From a virus (lineage: Duplodnaviria > Caudoviricetes): DNA of 64,000 bases. The position numbers were made by a program, and so were the translations under genes. Location of the stretch: the IMG/VR virus record IMGVR_UViG_3300037183_000082, positions 16,635 through 80,634 of that record, one strand, 5' to 3'. Positions 44,854 through 53,963 of the stretch are shown here, piece by piece; the stretch's first letter is position 1, and the number at the start of each line of letters is the position of its first letter. The notes beneath the pieces are model-generated. The model saw only the letters and a list, made by a program, of their open reading frames with translations, was not told the DNA's origin and made no database searches.

Positions 44854-46014
44854 ATGCCCGCCGCGCCCATTCAAGCTACCGTCACACGCAGCGCCACGAC
44901 CAAAGCGACCACGCTCAATGCGGCCAGTCGGCAGTTTGCGAACCGTCCCGCAGACGAGCGTTACGCGACGCTCGACGCCCTGTTGACGGCGACGCGACGA
45001 CACGCGCGGGTGGCTGTGAGCAAGCCGATCAAGCTCAACCAGTGCGCGGCGGTTGTAGACCACGATGGCGCGCTGGCCGTGCGCGGGCCCCAGGGCGGAA
45101 TCGTCCAGCCGAACCATTGGGCGTTCGGACAGATCTGCGGCTTGACCGCAACGCCAGCCCACTACCTCCGCACGCTCCCGACGCTTCTAGCCGCCGAGTG
45201 CCTGAACAACGGCTTGAAAGCCGACGATGGCACCGATCGCCACATGCTGATCGACGTCGAGCACCGCACCTTGCGCGCGGTCAACGGCAAGGCCTACCGC
45301 CGGATCTGGAATTACGAAGTCGTCGAGCAGCTCGTACAGCTGCGCGAGCGCTGCCCGTCGTGGCAGTTTCCCGAACCGTTCCGCACCGTGGGCGGCAAGG
45401 CTGCAAACGCGTGGGGCCCGGCCGATGGGAAGCAGGTCCCGGTCGCTTTCGCCTCAGATCGCGACATGTTCGCCTTCCTCGTCGACTATGAACACCCGAT
45501 CGAGGTCAACGGCACGCCCCTCGCCCGCGGCTTTTTTGCCGAAAACTCCGAAGTTGGTGACGCTTCTTTCAAGTTGACCACGTTCCTTTTTGACTTCGTG
45601 TGCTCCAACATTCTCGTGTGGGGTGCTCGCAACGTGTGTGAGATCGCGATCCGCCACACGGGCCGCGCGCGTGACCGCGTGCTTGCAGCCGACAGCGACG
45701 TGATCGAGCACCTGCGCGCCTACGCAGCCACGCCGGCCAGCGTGCAACAGGCGCAGATCCAGAAAGCGCAAACGCTCGTGCTGGGCGACGATCGCAACGA
45801 TGTGATCGGCAAGCTCTTTGCCAAGCTCGACGTCTCGCGCACCAGCCTGGAAGCTGCGTACACGGTAGCCGAGCAAACGCCGCGCTACGGCGACCCCAGC
45901 ACCGCGTGGGCCATGGCAAACGGGCTTACCGAGGTCTCGCAACAGGCGCCGCACGCAGACGAGCGGATCAAGCTCGACCGCGCGGCGGGGGAGATCCTGG
46001 ACTTCGCTTTCTGA
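44854..46014 (+). CDS. DUF932-family protein
   Basis: WAFGQ, YRRIWN, ASDRDMF, RGFF..NSEVG, VCSN, RHTG motifs. Confidence 0.8.
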   Translation: MPAAPIQATVTRSATTKATTLNAASRQFANRPADERYATLDALLTATRRHARVAVSKPIKLNQCAAVVDHDGALAVRGPQGGIVQPNHWAFGQICGLTATPAHYLRTLPTLLAAECLNNGLKADDGTDRHMLIDVEHRTLRAVNGKAYRRIWNYEVVEQLVQLRERCPSWQFPEPFRTVGGKAANAWGPADGKQVPVAFASDRDMFAFLVDYEHPIEVNGTPLARGFFAENSEVGDASFKLTTFLFDFVCSNILVWGARNVCEIAIRHTGRARDRVLAADSDVIEHLRAYAATPASVQQAQIQKAQTLVLGDDRNDVIGKLFAKLDVSRTSLEAAYTVAEQTPRYGDPSTAWAMANGLTEVSQQAPHADERIKLDRAAGEILDFAF

Positions 46015-46105
46015 AAGGGTGCGCGGCTTTCCGCGTTGCCGCGTGCTGGGGGTGAGAGGCCCGGCACGCGGCAGATCGGAAGGGACGAAAGGACAGACCA
46101 AGACC

Positions 46106-46465
46106 ATGGCACCGAGAAAAAAGAAGGCTGTACCCGAGGTCTCTACAACCACCGCACACTGGCTTGAGCAAGCACGCGCGATCGCGAATGTGGCGCACAT
46201 TCTCGGGGAGGTCCCGGACCTATTCCGTGACGAGCCAAGTGGTCCACGCGGAATTGGTTGGAGCGACTGGGGCATCAAAATCACCTTCGATAGGGACGGC
46301 GCAGCCTTGCGCATCCTGTTCGACGAACCGCCCGAGTCCACGACCACGCTCGCGGTGCTGGGCTACGCCGCAAAGCAGCAGATCGCTGTCGTGATCTTCA
46401 ACAGCAACGGGCGCACCGAGATCACAACAACCGACGGGCCTACGCCCGATCGGAGCGCGAACTAG
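46106..46465 (+). CDS. hypothetical protein
   Basis: GAAAGGACAG start motif. Confidence 0.7.
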   Translation: MAPRKKKAVPEVSTTTAHWLEQARAIANVAHILGEVPDLFRDEPSGPRGIGWSDWGIKITFDRDGAALRILFDEPPESTTTLAVLGYAAKQQIAVVIFNSNGRTEITTTDGPTPDRSAN

Positions 46466-46493
46466 ACCGAATGACTGACAGGGGGACACGACC

Positions 46494-46724
46494 ATGGGGG
46501 TTTTTGAAGGCTTCACCCGCGATGAGCTGGCCGAAGCGGTAGTCGACTTGCTTGCGCTCGCAGCGGTAGCGCGTAGGCGTGCAGGGCTCACGGAAAAAGA
46601 AATCAGAGCACTCAGCCCGACGATCGCAGTGCGCGCCAACGATCTGGAGCGCACCGAGTGCCCACACTGCGTGGGCGCAGCGGAAATTCTGCGCGCGCCG
46701 GTCAAGGAAGGGTTCGACGCATGA
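46494..46724 (+). CDS. hypothetical protein
   Basis: GGGGGACACGACC-ATG start. Confidence 0.65.
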   Translation: MGVFEGFTRDELAEAVVDLLALAAVARRRAGLTEKEIRALSPTIAVRANDLERTECPHCVGAAEILRAPVKEGFDA

Positions 46725-46957
46725 CACCGATCCTAACGCTGTATCTGTGCGTGGCGGCTGTCTGGCGCCATCGGCTCATGCTGCGCCACAGCAAGCTGAG
46801 TCACACGGTTGTGGCGTCGCAGCGGGAGGGCTCCTATCGCTTCTCGACCATGGCGCACCGTGAACGCAGCGCCATCGCACGCACGATCGCGATCGTCGAC
46901 TTGAGTTTGTTCGCCGCTGCGGTGCTCGCAATTTGGCGTCTCGGGACGGGGCTATGA
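46721..46957 (+). CDS. small membrane protein
   Basis: ATGA coupling, hydrophobic ends. Confidence 0.55.
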   Translation: MTPILTLYLCVAAVWRHRLMLRHSKLSHTVVASQREGSYRFSTMAHRERSAIARTIAIVDLSLFAAAVLAIWRLGTGL

Positions 46958-47316
46958 TCGATCCCGCGCTCACCTTCGACTCGACCGATCTGGCCGTTCA
47001 GGCCCGGGAGCGCCTGTTGCGGCTCGGCGTGGCCTACACCGTGCGCGGCAATCTGATCCGCTACTGGTTGATCGGACCTTCCGCAATGGCGACCGAGCAG
47101 CTCGGAAAGACGTGGAGCGCGCGCTTGCATCGGCCGTTCACGCACTTGGCTGTCGGCCACATCCGGGAGACCGCGGCCCGGCAAGTGGCCGTCACGTTTC
47201 ACTTTCTGCACCTCCCACGCGATGCAGGCTTGTCCCGCCAGTGGGCGATCTTGCCGATTCGACACGAGGATCTGAATCCGAAAGACTTCGCGAAAGTCTT
47301 ACCACTCAGGAGCTAA
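46954..47316 (+). CDS. hypothetical protein
   Basis: ATGA coupling. Confidence 0.6.
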   Translation: MIDPALTFDSTDLAVQARERLLRLGVAYTVRGNLIRYWLIGPSAMATEQLGKTWSARLHRPFTHLAVGHIRETAARQVAVTFHFLHLPRDAGLSRQWAILPIRHEDLNPKDFAKVLPLRS

Positions 47317-47322
47317 CCCCCC

Positions 47323-48201
47323 ATGACAAAAACACTCGACAAGGCGGATATCCGCCGCTGGATGGCTCGGCGCCACTACCGCGAGGGCACCATCCGGCAA
47401 ACCGAGAGCAAAGCTGTTCTCGTGCACACCGCGTGGGAGGCCGACCCGAAGGCGCGGATCCCCGACGCCTACAAAGGGCCGCTCGGGCGCTTTGTCGCCT
47501 ACGCCGAGCAGACCGAGCAGCACGCAGCCTTTTGCGCGTGGCTCGCCGAGCAGGGGATCCATGCGCCAAGCTCGACCCCGCGCGAGAAGCCAAAGCGCCG
47601 CAAGCTCGAAGCGGTGTCGTTCGATCAGGGCGACTATGACAAGCTGTGCGACGCCTTCGAGGTCGGCACCGAGCCCGCAGATCGGGTGCTGCGCGTGATT
47701 GCAGCGACGGGGCTCCGCGTCGGGGATGTTCTGCGTATTCCAACCGAAGTGCTCGCCGCGGGCCTGGCCCAGGACGGCAAGGGCTTGCTGTCGCTCGAAA
47801 AGAAGGGCGGCAATACGATCACGATGCCCATTGAGGGCGCCCGGGACGCGTGGCAAGACTTGTACGAAAATCTTGCCGACGATGAGGCGGAGAGCGTTGC
47901 GAGCTGGCTCACCGACAACCCCTCGCCCGAGGCTGGCGACCCCGCCTACAAGTGCGTCTACAGGCACTTTCAGAAGGTCGCAGCCACCCTTGGGATCAAG
48001 GGACGTGTGCACCCGCACCGCTTGCGCCGAACCATGGCGACGCGTGCGCTCACTGCGACCGACCGCGATCTCGTGACTGTGGCGCAGCTCATGGGCCACT
48101 CGACGATCGCGACGACGCAGCGCTACGTCGATGAGCTAGACGCGGTGCGTGTGGCGGACGTGCAACGCAAGGTGCGCGGCGGAAGGCGGGGTGCGGCGTG
48201 A
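47323..48201 (+). CDS. second tyrosine recombinase (XerC/D-like)
   Basis: ATGLRVGDV, HPHRLRR, LMGH..TTQRY. Confidence 0.9.
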   Translation: MTKTLDKADIRRWMARRHYREGTIRQTESKAVLVHTAWEADPKARIPDAYKGPLGRFVAYAEQTEQHAAFCAWLAEQGIHAPSSTPREKPKRRKLEAVSFDQGDYDKLCDAFEVGTEPADRVLRVIAATGLRVGDVLRIPTEVLAAGLAQDGKGLLSLEKKGGNTITMPIEGARDAWQDLYENLADDEAESVASWLTDNPSPEAGDPAYKCVYRHFQKVAATLGIKGRVHPHRLRRTMATRALTATDRDLVTVAQLMGHSTIATTQRYVDELDAVRVADVQRKVRGGRRGAA

Positions 48202-48494
48202 TGCTCCCACGAACATGCAGCAACTGCGCACACTTCAACCTCGACCCCGATTCACCCGGACCTGAAGATCGCGAGGGTTTGTGCCTTCGCCACCCGCCGC
48301 GCGTGTTGAACGAGGACGGCCATAGCTTCTTTCCAATCACACAAACCACTATGCGGTGTGGCGAGCACCGCATGTCCGAGCCTGCGATCACAGACCGGCT
48401 TGAAGTTGTCTACGAAGTGCTCATCGAGGCGCAGCTGCATCGCGCGGCAGACGACGTCTGCAACGCGCTCAACCTGCGGAAGGCGCGGCCATGA
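48198..48494 (+). CDS. Cys-rich phage protein
   Basis: CSNCAHF..GLC.RHPP..CGEH. Confidence 0.7.
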   Translation: MMLPRTCSNCAHFNLDPDSPGPEDREGLCLRHPPRVLNEDGHSFFPITQTTMRCGEHRMSEPAITDRLEVVYEVLIEAQLHRAADDVCNALNLRKARP

Positions 48495-48724
48495 AGCTCC
48501 CCTGCGACTTGCGCGAGCCCTTGCGCGGCGGCACGTTCGTGAAGCTCACGCGCGACATGCCCCAGCTTGCGGGGCGATCTAGAAACATACCCAAGGGTGC
48601 GATCTGTGAAGTTCTGCGCGTAGAGCGCGTCCAGGACGGTTGCACCATGTACCGGGCTTTCCACAAGGCCACCCAGGAGATCGTCTACTTCCCTGACAAC
48701 GCTTGCGAACCTGCGACGAACTAG
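48491..48724 (+). CDS. small SH3-like hypothetical protein
   Basis: ATGA coupling. Confidence 0.6.
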   Translation: MKLPCDLREPLRGGTFVKLTRDMPQLAGRSRNIPKGAICEVLRVERVQDGCTMYRAFHKATQEIVYFPDNACEPATN

Positions 48725-48743
48725 CTCTCGAAAGGACAGACCC

Positions 48744-49097
48744 ATGACCATGACCTTACGTGTAGCGCCATTTTTGGCGCTGCTCGGGTGCGGTAGCGCA
48801 CCCCCTGACGTGCCGACCACCCCCATGGTCTGCGGAGTCTGCGCGCAGCCGCCTGCGTGCAATCCACGCAATCCGAACAGCACCGCGAACAACTCGGAAT
48901 GCCTCATGATCTACGGCGATCAGCTGGCCTGCTGGGACGGCTACTGGGAGCCGCTCTACGCGGCGCCTGGACGTCCGATGGCGCGGTGCACAGGCGGCCA
49001 GATGGGCGTCACAGATGAGGGCTTCATCATGTGCATCATCGACTGCACCGACGGGGGCGCACCGTGGTGGCGCGATGCCGACGGGGGTGCGCCATGA
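48744..49097 (+). CDS. Cys-rich lipoprotein
   Basis: lipobox LLGC; GAAAGGACAG start. Confidence 0.7.
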   Translation: MTMTLRVAPFLALLGCGSAPPDVPTTPMVCGVCAQPPACNPRNPNSTANNSECLMIYGDQLACWDGYWEPLYAAPGRPMARCTGGQMGVTDEGFIMCIIDCTDGGAPWWRDADGGAP

Positions 49098-49600
49098 GAG
49101 TCCTACCCCTCGTGCTCCTGGCAGCCTGCAGCGCCGACACGCACGGAATTACAATTTCCGACGCCGGACAGGTCTGGCAAGACGGTGGCGGCAACCATGA
49201 CAGTGCTGTCCAAAAAACGGACGGCGCCGAGCCAAGCTCGACCGTGGACAGCAGTGTCGGACCCAAGTCAGATAGTTCGATCCTGTCCCAGGACGGTGCT
49301 ACTGGCATGTCCCCGGATGGGGGCAGCTCCGATGCAGGCTTCGCAGCCTTTCAGGTATGCTCGCCATGCTCGGGCGGTGACCTCAAGGGGATCTGCGCCC
49401 TGGCCCCCAACGATCCGCTGTGCCTGAGCCCGTGCGGCAACGATCCACACCTGCGCTGCTATGCAGGCCGCTGTCAGCAGTACAAGGGCGGCGCGCGGAC
49501 TTTGAGCGAGGTGAACGCGTGCAAAGACATGGGGGGCATCGTGCAGTACCTACGCGGCAGCCAGCTCGACCCGAGCGTGTGTGAAGTGCCATGTCAGTGA
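49094..49600 (+). CDS. Cys-rich lipoprotein with DAG/DGG-rich linker
   Basis: lipobox LAAC; Ser/Asp/Gly linker; C-terminal Cys domain. Confidence 0.7.
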   Translation: MRVLPLVLLAACSADTHGITISDAGQVWQDGGGNHDSAVQKTDGAEPSSTVDSSVGPKSDSSILSQDGATGMSPDGGSSDAGFAAFQVCSPCSGGDLKGICALAPNDPLCLSPCGNDPHLRCYAGRCQQYKGGARTLSEVNACKDMGGIVQYLRGSQLDPSVCEVPCQ

Positions 49601-50079
49601 AGCGCGACGAGAGCCTTGCCGGGCCCTGCGGGCCTGGGCTAGGTTTGGATCTCCAAGCGCCTGCGGATCACTCCGAGGGGGCCACCGACGACCACGGGCG
49701 ACCGCTGGGCGTGGTTGGTTCAGGGGGCGAGGGGGCCAGCCCAGCCCGTCACAACAATCGCACGCTCTACCGCGTGGAAGAAAACGGGGTCATCACCATC
49801 GTGATGGCGTGGCGCCTCGCCGAGAAATCGTACCGAACCGCGGATGGCGTACAGCACAAGTACAGCACACACGGCGTGCACCACACGTTTAGGGATTACG
49901 ACGCTGCCGTGGCGTGTGTCGCACAGATGGCGTGCACCGCGATTGCGGGAGTGCTGCCGACGCTAGCAACGAGGTCTGAGTCAGACTTCCCGATTGCAGT
50001 CCTGCGACGCACACACGCGTTGCTGCAGCGTATCGCCGAGAGGCACATCAGGTATGCCGCAGAGGAAAGTGCGCCATGA
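49591..50079 (+). CDS. hypothetical protein
   Basis: operon ORF; start uncertain. Confidence 0.5.
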   Translation: MSVKRDESLAGPCGPGLGLDLQAPADHSEGATDDHGRPLGVVGSGGEGASPARHNNRTLYRVEENGVITIVMAWRLAEKSYRTADGVQHKYSTHGVHHTFRDYDAAVACVAQMACTAIAGVLPTLATRSESDFPIAVLRRTHALLQRIAERHIRYAAEESAP

Positions 50080-50384
50080 CCAGCCCCGATTGCACCTGCC
50101 ACCTGAAAGACGGGATCTGCGCTGCATGCGAAGCGGACGCATTCCTGCAGCTCTATTGCCCGCGCGAGAACGACAGCCTCGCCGAGCTGCACATCGCGAT
50201 CGACAGCTTCCAGGCCGTGCACAGCGAGCGCACAGCGCTGTTCATCGAGTGCGCACGCACAGCGATCGCAACGCTCGACGAAATCGTGCCCGAGCTGGAG
50301 TTGGTCGGGCATGCCGCCAACGAAATCGAAGATCTCAAGCGCGCCCAAGCACTTCTGCAACGCGTTGTGGAGGGCCGACGATGA
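50076..50384 (+). CDS. hypothetical protein
   Basis: ATGA coupling. Confidence 0.65.
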   Translation: MTSPDCTCHLKDGICAACEADAFLQLYCPRENDSLAELHIAIDSFQAVHSERTALFIECARTAIATLDEIVPELELVGHAANEIEDLKRAQALLQRVVEGRR

Positions 50385-50665
50385 CTCGTGACCCACGCCC
50401 GCGTCGCGCAGTCATAACCCTGCACCCCGTTTTTCTCGCAACGTATGCAGAGCTGCAGCCGCTGAAACAGGCCGCCGAGGCGCTCGACGCAGACCACCTG
50501 GATGATGTGCTCCGCATGCAGATTCTACCTGGCTCCATGCCCATATCGCAGTGGCGTGCGCTCGACAACTTTGTGCGCGCGCTCCGAAAGCTGAACCTTG
50601 CACTCGATGACCTAGGCGTCGAAGGCAACGCCATCCCAAGCCCCCATTCAAAGGACAGACCGTGA
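50381..50665 (+). CDS. hypothetical protein
   Basis: ATGA coupling. Confidence 0.6.
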   Translation: MTRDPRPRRAVITLHPVFLATYAELQPLKQAAEALDADHLDDVLRMQILPGSMPISQWRALDNFVRALRKLNLALDDLGVEGNAIPSPHSKDRP

Positions 50666-50973
50666 ACATCACAAAATCGGAAGCCATCCGAAACGTACTC
50701 GTCTCACACCCCGATGAGCCCGCCGCCGAAATCAAGCGACGCGTCAAGTACCAGTACAAGCTGGACGTCAGCACAGGGCACGTCCACTCGGTGCGGCATG
50801 ACGTGCGGCGCGCGACGCCGGCTGCGCCAGCCGCTGCCCCTCCACCCAAAGCAGGCGGGATCGTCACGATCCCGGGAGGTCGCGGCGAGCTGGACGAAAA
50901 GCTCGACGCCCTTGTCGAAGAGTTCGGGATGCGCGCGATCCACGCCTACCTCGCGGCAAGGGCGAAGCCATGA
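50662..50973 (+). CDS. putative DNA-binding protein
   Basis: HTH-like N-terminus; AAAGGACAG start. Confidence 0.65.
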   Translation: MNITKSEAIRNVLVSHPDEPAAEIKRRVKYQYKLDVSTGHVHSVRHDVRRATPAAPAAAPPPKAGGIVTIPGGRGELDEKLDALVEEFGMRAIHAYLAARAKP

Positions 50974-51182
50974 GCCGTTCCGACTCGAAAGTCGAGTTTA
51001 CATTCGCCGTAGGCAGGAAGACTGTGCTCGTTACACCCCGCGACGTCGCGACACTGGCCGAGGCTGAAATCCTTGATGGCGGCTCTTGCACAGTGATCAC
51101 GCTCCATACAGGTGAACGCATCGGTGTGCGGGGTACGGCCGTAGATGTTGCCGAAAAGCTCGGCATCGCGGTGACACCATGA
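50970..51182 (+). CDS. FlbD-like small protein
   Basis: TVITL.TGE.I.V..T..DV.EKL pattern. Confidence 0.5.
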   Translation: MSRSDSKVEFTFAVGRKTVLVTPRDVATLAEAEILDGGSCTVITLHTGERIGVRGTAVDVAEKLGIAVTP

Positions 51183-51403
51183 AAGTCTGGAACGACACGC
51201 TCGTGTGGAGCGAGCAAGACGCCAACGGCTTTCTGCTGGGCGTGTTTCGCACACGCACTCTCGGCTACCGCATGCGCGTGTCGGGGCCCTTCGGCGCCTT
51301 CGAGAAGCCAAGCTTCATCACAGCTGAGGAAGCGCAAGACTTCGCGCGACGCATCGCTGCGCACATGAAAGACTTCGACCCCACGAAAGGACAGACCGCA
51401 TGA
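51179..51403 (+). CDS. hypothetical protein
   Basis: ATGA coupling. Confidence 0.65.
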   Translation: MKVWNDTLVWSEQDANGFLLGVFRTRTLGYRMRVSGPFGAFEKPSFITAEEAQDFARRIAAHMKDFDPTKGQTA

Positions 51404-51789
51404 ACCGACGCATCGCGAAGAAGATCTACGAGAGCGCGGGTCGCTGGAGTGATCGCCAGCGGGAGACCGCAGACCGCATCTGGGAACGCTGGACGCAGCA
51501 ACATCCGCACCGATCGGTAATCGGCGACCCTGCAAGGGAGGCGGTGTTTTGGCGCAACTCCCACCGTCGCCAAAGAGACATCGATCTGCGATGGCGCAGG
51601 AATCGACCGCACTTCACATGGTGGGGCTTCATCCTCGAAGAACGCGAACGCGCGGAACGTGCTGCGCAGCCGCCCAAGCCCATGAGAATGCGCCTCCCGT
51701 CCGGCGAAGTCATCGAGTGCGAAGAATGGCTGCACTGGCCTTTGTTCGATCAGCCCGACGCGCTTGCGCTACACGAGGTCACGACATGA
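51400..51789 (+). CDS. hypothetical protein
   Basis: GAAAGGACAG start motif. Confidence 0.65.
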   Translation: MNRRIAKKIYESAGRWSDRQRETADRIWERWTQQHPHRSVIGDPAREAVFWRNSHRRQRDIDLRWRRNRPHFTWWGFILEERERAERAAQPPKPMRMRLPSGEVIECEEWLHWPLFDQPDALALHEVTT

Positions 51790-52169
51790 GCCCCGAGCTT
51801 GAACGCGACGTGCTCAAGTGCGCGCTCGTTGCCGCAGGCGTCCAAAAGCAGGCGTACGTCGAATACGGCTTGGCGCACGCATCGAGCCCCGCGCACCAAG
51901 CAGCTCTTGCCGAATGGAAAGCGCGCGTGGAGCGTCTGCGCGCCGCCATCGACGCGCTCGACACCGAGATGTGTCGCAGGACGCTCGGCGAGACGCAGCC
52001 TGCGCGAACGTCACAGCCGGGCGGCATCAAGAGGTGCGAGCGCTGCGGCGTCTTGTACATCGGCAGCAGCTGCCGCCAGTGCGCAGACTTAGCGCCGCGA
52101 TGCGCGTGCGGCGCCCAGCGCATCGAGCCGGGCGACTGCCGGTACTGCGGATCACCCGGGGAAGGGTGA
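51786..52169 (+). CDS. hypothetical protein with C-terminal Zn-ribbons
   Basis: ATGA coupling; several CxxC. Confidence 0.6.
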   Translation: MSPELERDVLKCALVAAGVQKQAYVEYGLAHASSPAHQAALAEWKARVERLRAAIDALDTEMCRRTLGETQPARTSQPGGIKRCERCGVLYIGSSCRQCADLAPRCACGAQRIEPGDCRYCGSPGEG

Positions 52170-52904
52170 GAGCTGCACGGTGGGGTGGCCGGTGCGCGTG
52201 GCGAAGGTCGCAGTGCCTGCGGTGCCGCCGATGCTGTCAACGACCGTACCGTCAGGCACCTGCACGTTGGTCGGGCCGACGACGCCGGCCAAGCCCTGCG
52301 TGAAGCTGTAGATCGTCCAGTTGGCGATGTTGGTCACGGGGCCGAGGTCGCCAGCCAGGGGCGTGTTCGCGCGGATGCCATCGGAGTCGGCTGTGTGGTC
52401 GCTGCAGTAGGCCACTGCGGCGATGCGCGTGCCCTCCAGAACAGGGCTCACGTTGCCGCCGTTCACGTCGATGCCGATGCTCGTCACGCCTGCGCCGGGC
52501 ACGTAGGCTGCACCGAGCGCGGTCGTGACCGTGGCGAAGTTGCCGATACCGATCGAGATGTTGGCGGCGATGATCGATGCCTGCAGCAGAACGCAGCGGC
52601 CTACGAGGTTGCTCAAGGGCACCGTGAGCAACGCGTTGTGCACGCCACCCGCCTGGAACGCTGCGAAGTTGAATTGCGCGTTGAGCCCGCTGTCAGTGAG
52701 ACGCTGCAAGGCCCAGCCTTTGTTGCCCGAGCCCGCGTTGCCGAAGATGTGCTGCGTGAGCGACGAGGGGCCGTCGATGTAGAGCAAAGCTGCGATGTCG
52801 GTGCCGTTGCCGGCGCCGGTGAGCGGGATCGTGGGCTCCACGACGCACGTGGTGAAGCCATCGACGAAAGCTGAAATCGAACGGACGGTGCGGACCTTGG
52901 GCAT
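52152..52904 (-). CDS. ConA/LamG-like beta-sandwich protein, distant paralog 4
   Basis: 250 aa; HIFGN..KGW.L matches WIFGN..GFQL of paralog 1; GGAGGAG RBS. Confidence 0.55.
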   Translation of the reverse strand: MPKVRTVRSISAFVDGFTTCVVEPTIPLTGAGNGTDIAALLYIDGPSSLTQHIFGNAGSGNKGWALQRLTDSGLNAQFNFAAFQAGGVHNALLTVPLSNLVGRCVLLQASIIAANISIGIGNFATVTTALGAAYVPGAGVTSIGIDVNGGNVSPVLEGTRIAAVAYCSDHTADSDGIRANTPLAGDLGPVTNIANWTIYSFTQGLAGVVGPTNVQVPDGTVVDSIGGTAGTATFATRTGHPTVQLSPFPG

Positions 52905-52948
52905 TTGTGCTCTCCTCCTCCAAAATAGTGCAGACAGCTTCCAGGGTA

Positions 52949-53191
52949 CTACAGCTGCGGAGGGAACTTGCGCGAGGGGTTCTTGTGCCTACCTGTCGGC
53001 TCATCGTCGAGGGGTGCCGTGTAGGTTGTGGGCTGCGATCCTGGGCGTGAAGGCGTCGAGAGGGGCGGCGGGGGCAGCGAAGTGCGCAAGCGCTGTAGCA
53101 ACCCGCGCAGCATGTGCAGACACCACACGTTCCAGGCTGTGAAAGGGATGGCCGCGACGATGACCCCCCACCAAAAGTCAGGGATCGTCAC
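52949..53191 (-). CDS. small single-TM protein
   Basis: N-terminal TM, Pro-rich tail. Confidence 0.6.
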   Translation of the reverse strand: MTIPDFWWGVIVAAIPFTAWNVWCLHMLRGLLQRLRTSLPPPPLSTPSRPGSQPTTYTAPLDDEPTGRHKNPSRKFPPQL

Positions 53192-53499
53192 GGTTTGAGA
53201 CCGAGCTTGGGCGTCGGCCCCCCGAGCAGCACTGAGACAGCGCCCACGGTGGCGGCCAGGAGCGCGCCCGTCACTGCGAAGGTGAGGGCCAGCGTCTGGG
53301 TGCGCTTGTTGGCATAGAGCAGGATGCCGCCAGCACTCGCGAGGCCCACCGCGAACGTGCCGGCCGCGAGCACCTTCTGCCGGCGGCTTGCAGCTGCGGG
53401 GGGTGCAAGCGCGTCTGCGTGGCCTGTGTTGTAGCCAGCTTGGTAAGCCTGGGCCACACGCAGATCGTCGGCGGCAAGGGCTGTGGTGGCGTCGGCCAT
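53188..53499 (-). CDS. two-TM membrane protein
   Basis: two hydrophobic helices; TAGAAT 6 nt before ATG. Confidence 0.7.
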   Translation of the reverse strand: MADATTALAADDLRVAQAYQAGYNTGHADALAPPAAASRRQKVLAAGTFAVGLASAGGILLYANKRTQTLALTFAVTGALLAATVGAVSVLLGGPTPKLGLKP

Positions 53500-53513
53500 C
53501 CAGCCATTCTACC

Positions 53514-53921
53514 TCACCCCGGCTTGGGCTCCCCCGCGACCATGAGATCCCAGCTCGACACCATCGTGCGCAGAAACTCGACGTAGTCGGCGGGCGTCAT
53601 GTTGTTGCGGCGGCTCAAGCGCACGATGTCTGCGAGCGCGGCGTCCTGTTCGGCCTCGGTGAGTGCTGGTGCGCGCGCTGTCACAGAGCTGTTTGCGGCG
53701 GGGCCTCCTGTGACACTGAGCACGCCGTTGCCGGCCTTACCGCTGCGACCGCGACGCCTGGGCTGCTCGACAGGCGGCGGGGCGACGTCGGCGAAGTCAT
53801 CAGGCTCGGGCGCCTTGTTTTCGTTCGCAGCGGCGTAGCCCGCCGCAATGCCCTGCTCGGCTTTCTTGAGCGTGTCGGTGTGGACGAGAGTTTGCTGTCC
53901 GTTCGGAGTGGCCATGGTCAT
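53514..53921 (-). CDS. hypothetical protein
   Basis: GAAAGG RBS. Confidence 0.65.
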   Translation of the reverse strand: MTMATPNGQQTLVHTDTLKKAEQGIAAGYAAANENKAPEPDDFADVAPPPVEQPRRRGRSGKAGNGVLSVTGGPAANSSVTARAPALTEAEQDAALADIVRLSRRNNMTPADYVEFLRTMVSSWDLMVAGEPKPG

Positions 53922-53963
53922 AGGGTTGCCTTTCGTCGCGCCAGTCTGTAGGACTATAGCAAC

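Noticed and set aside
41784-48000. Additional NGY-NN arrays in other intergenic gaps
   Set aside because: Gaps inspected (e.g. 43194-43287, 46015-46105) showed no sustained 5-nt register; a computed scan would be needed to exclude short ones
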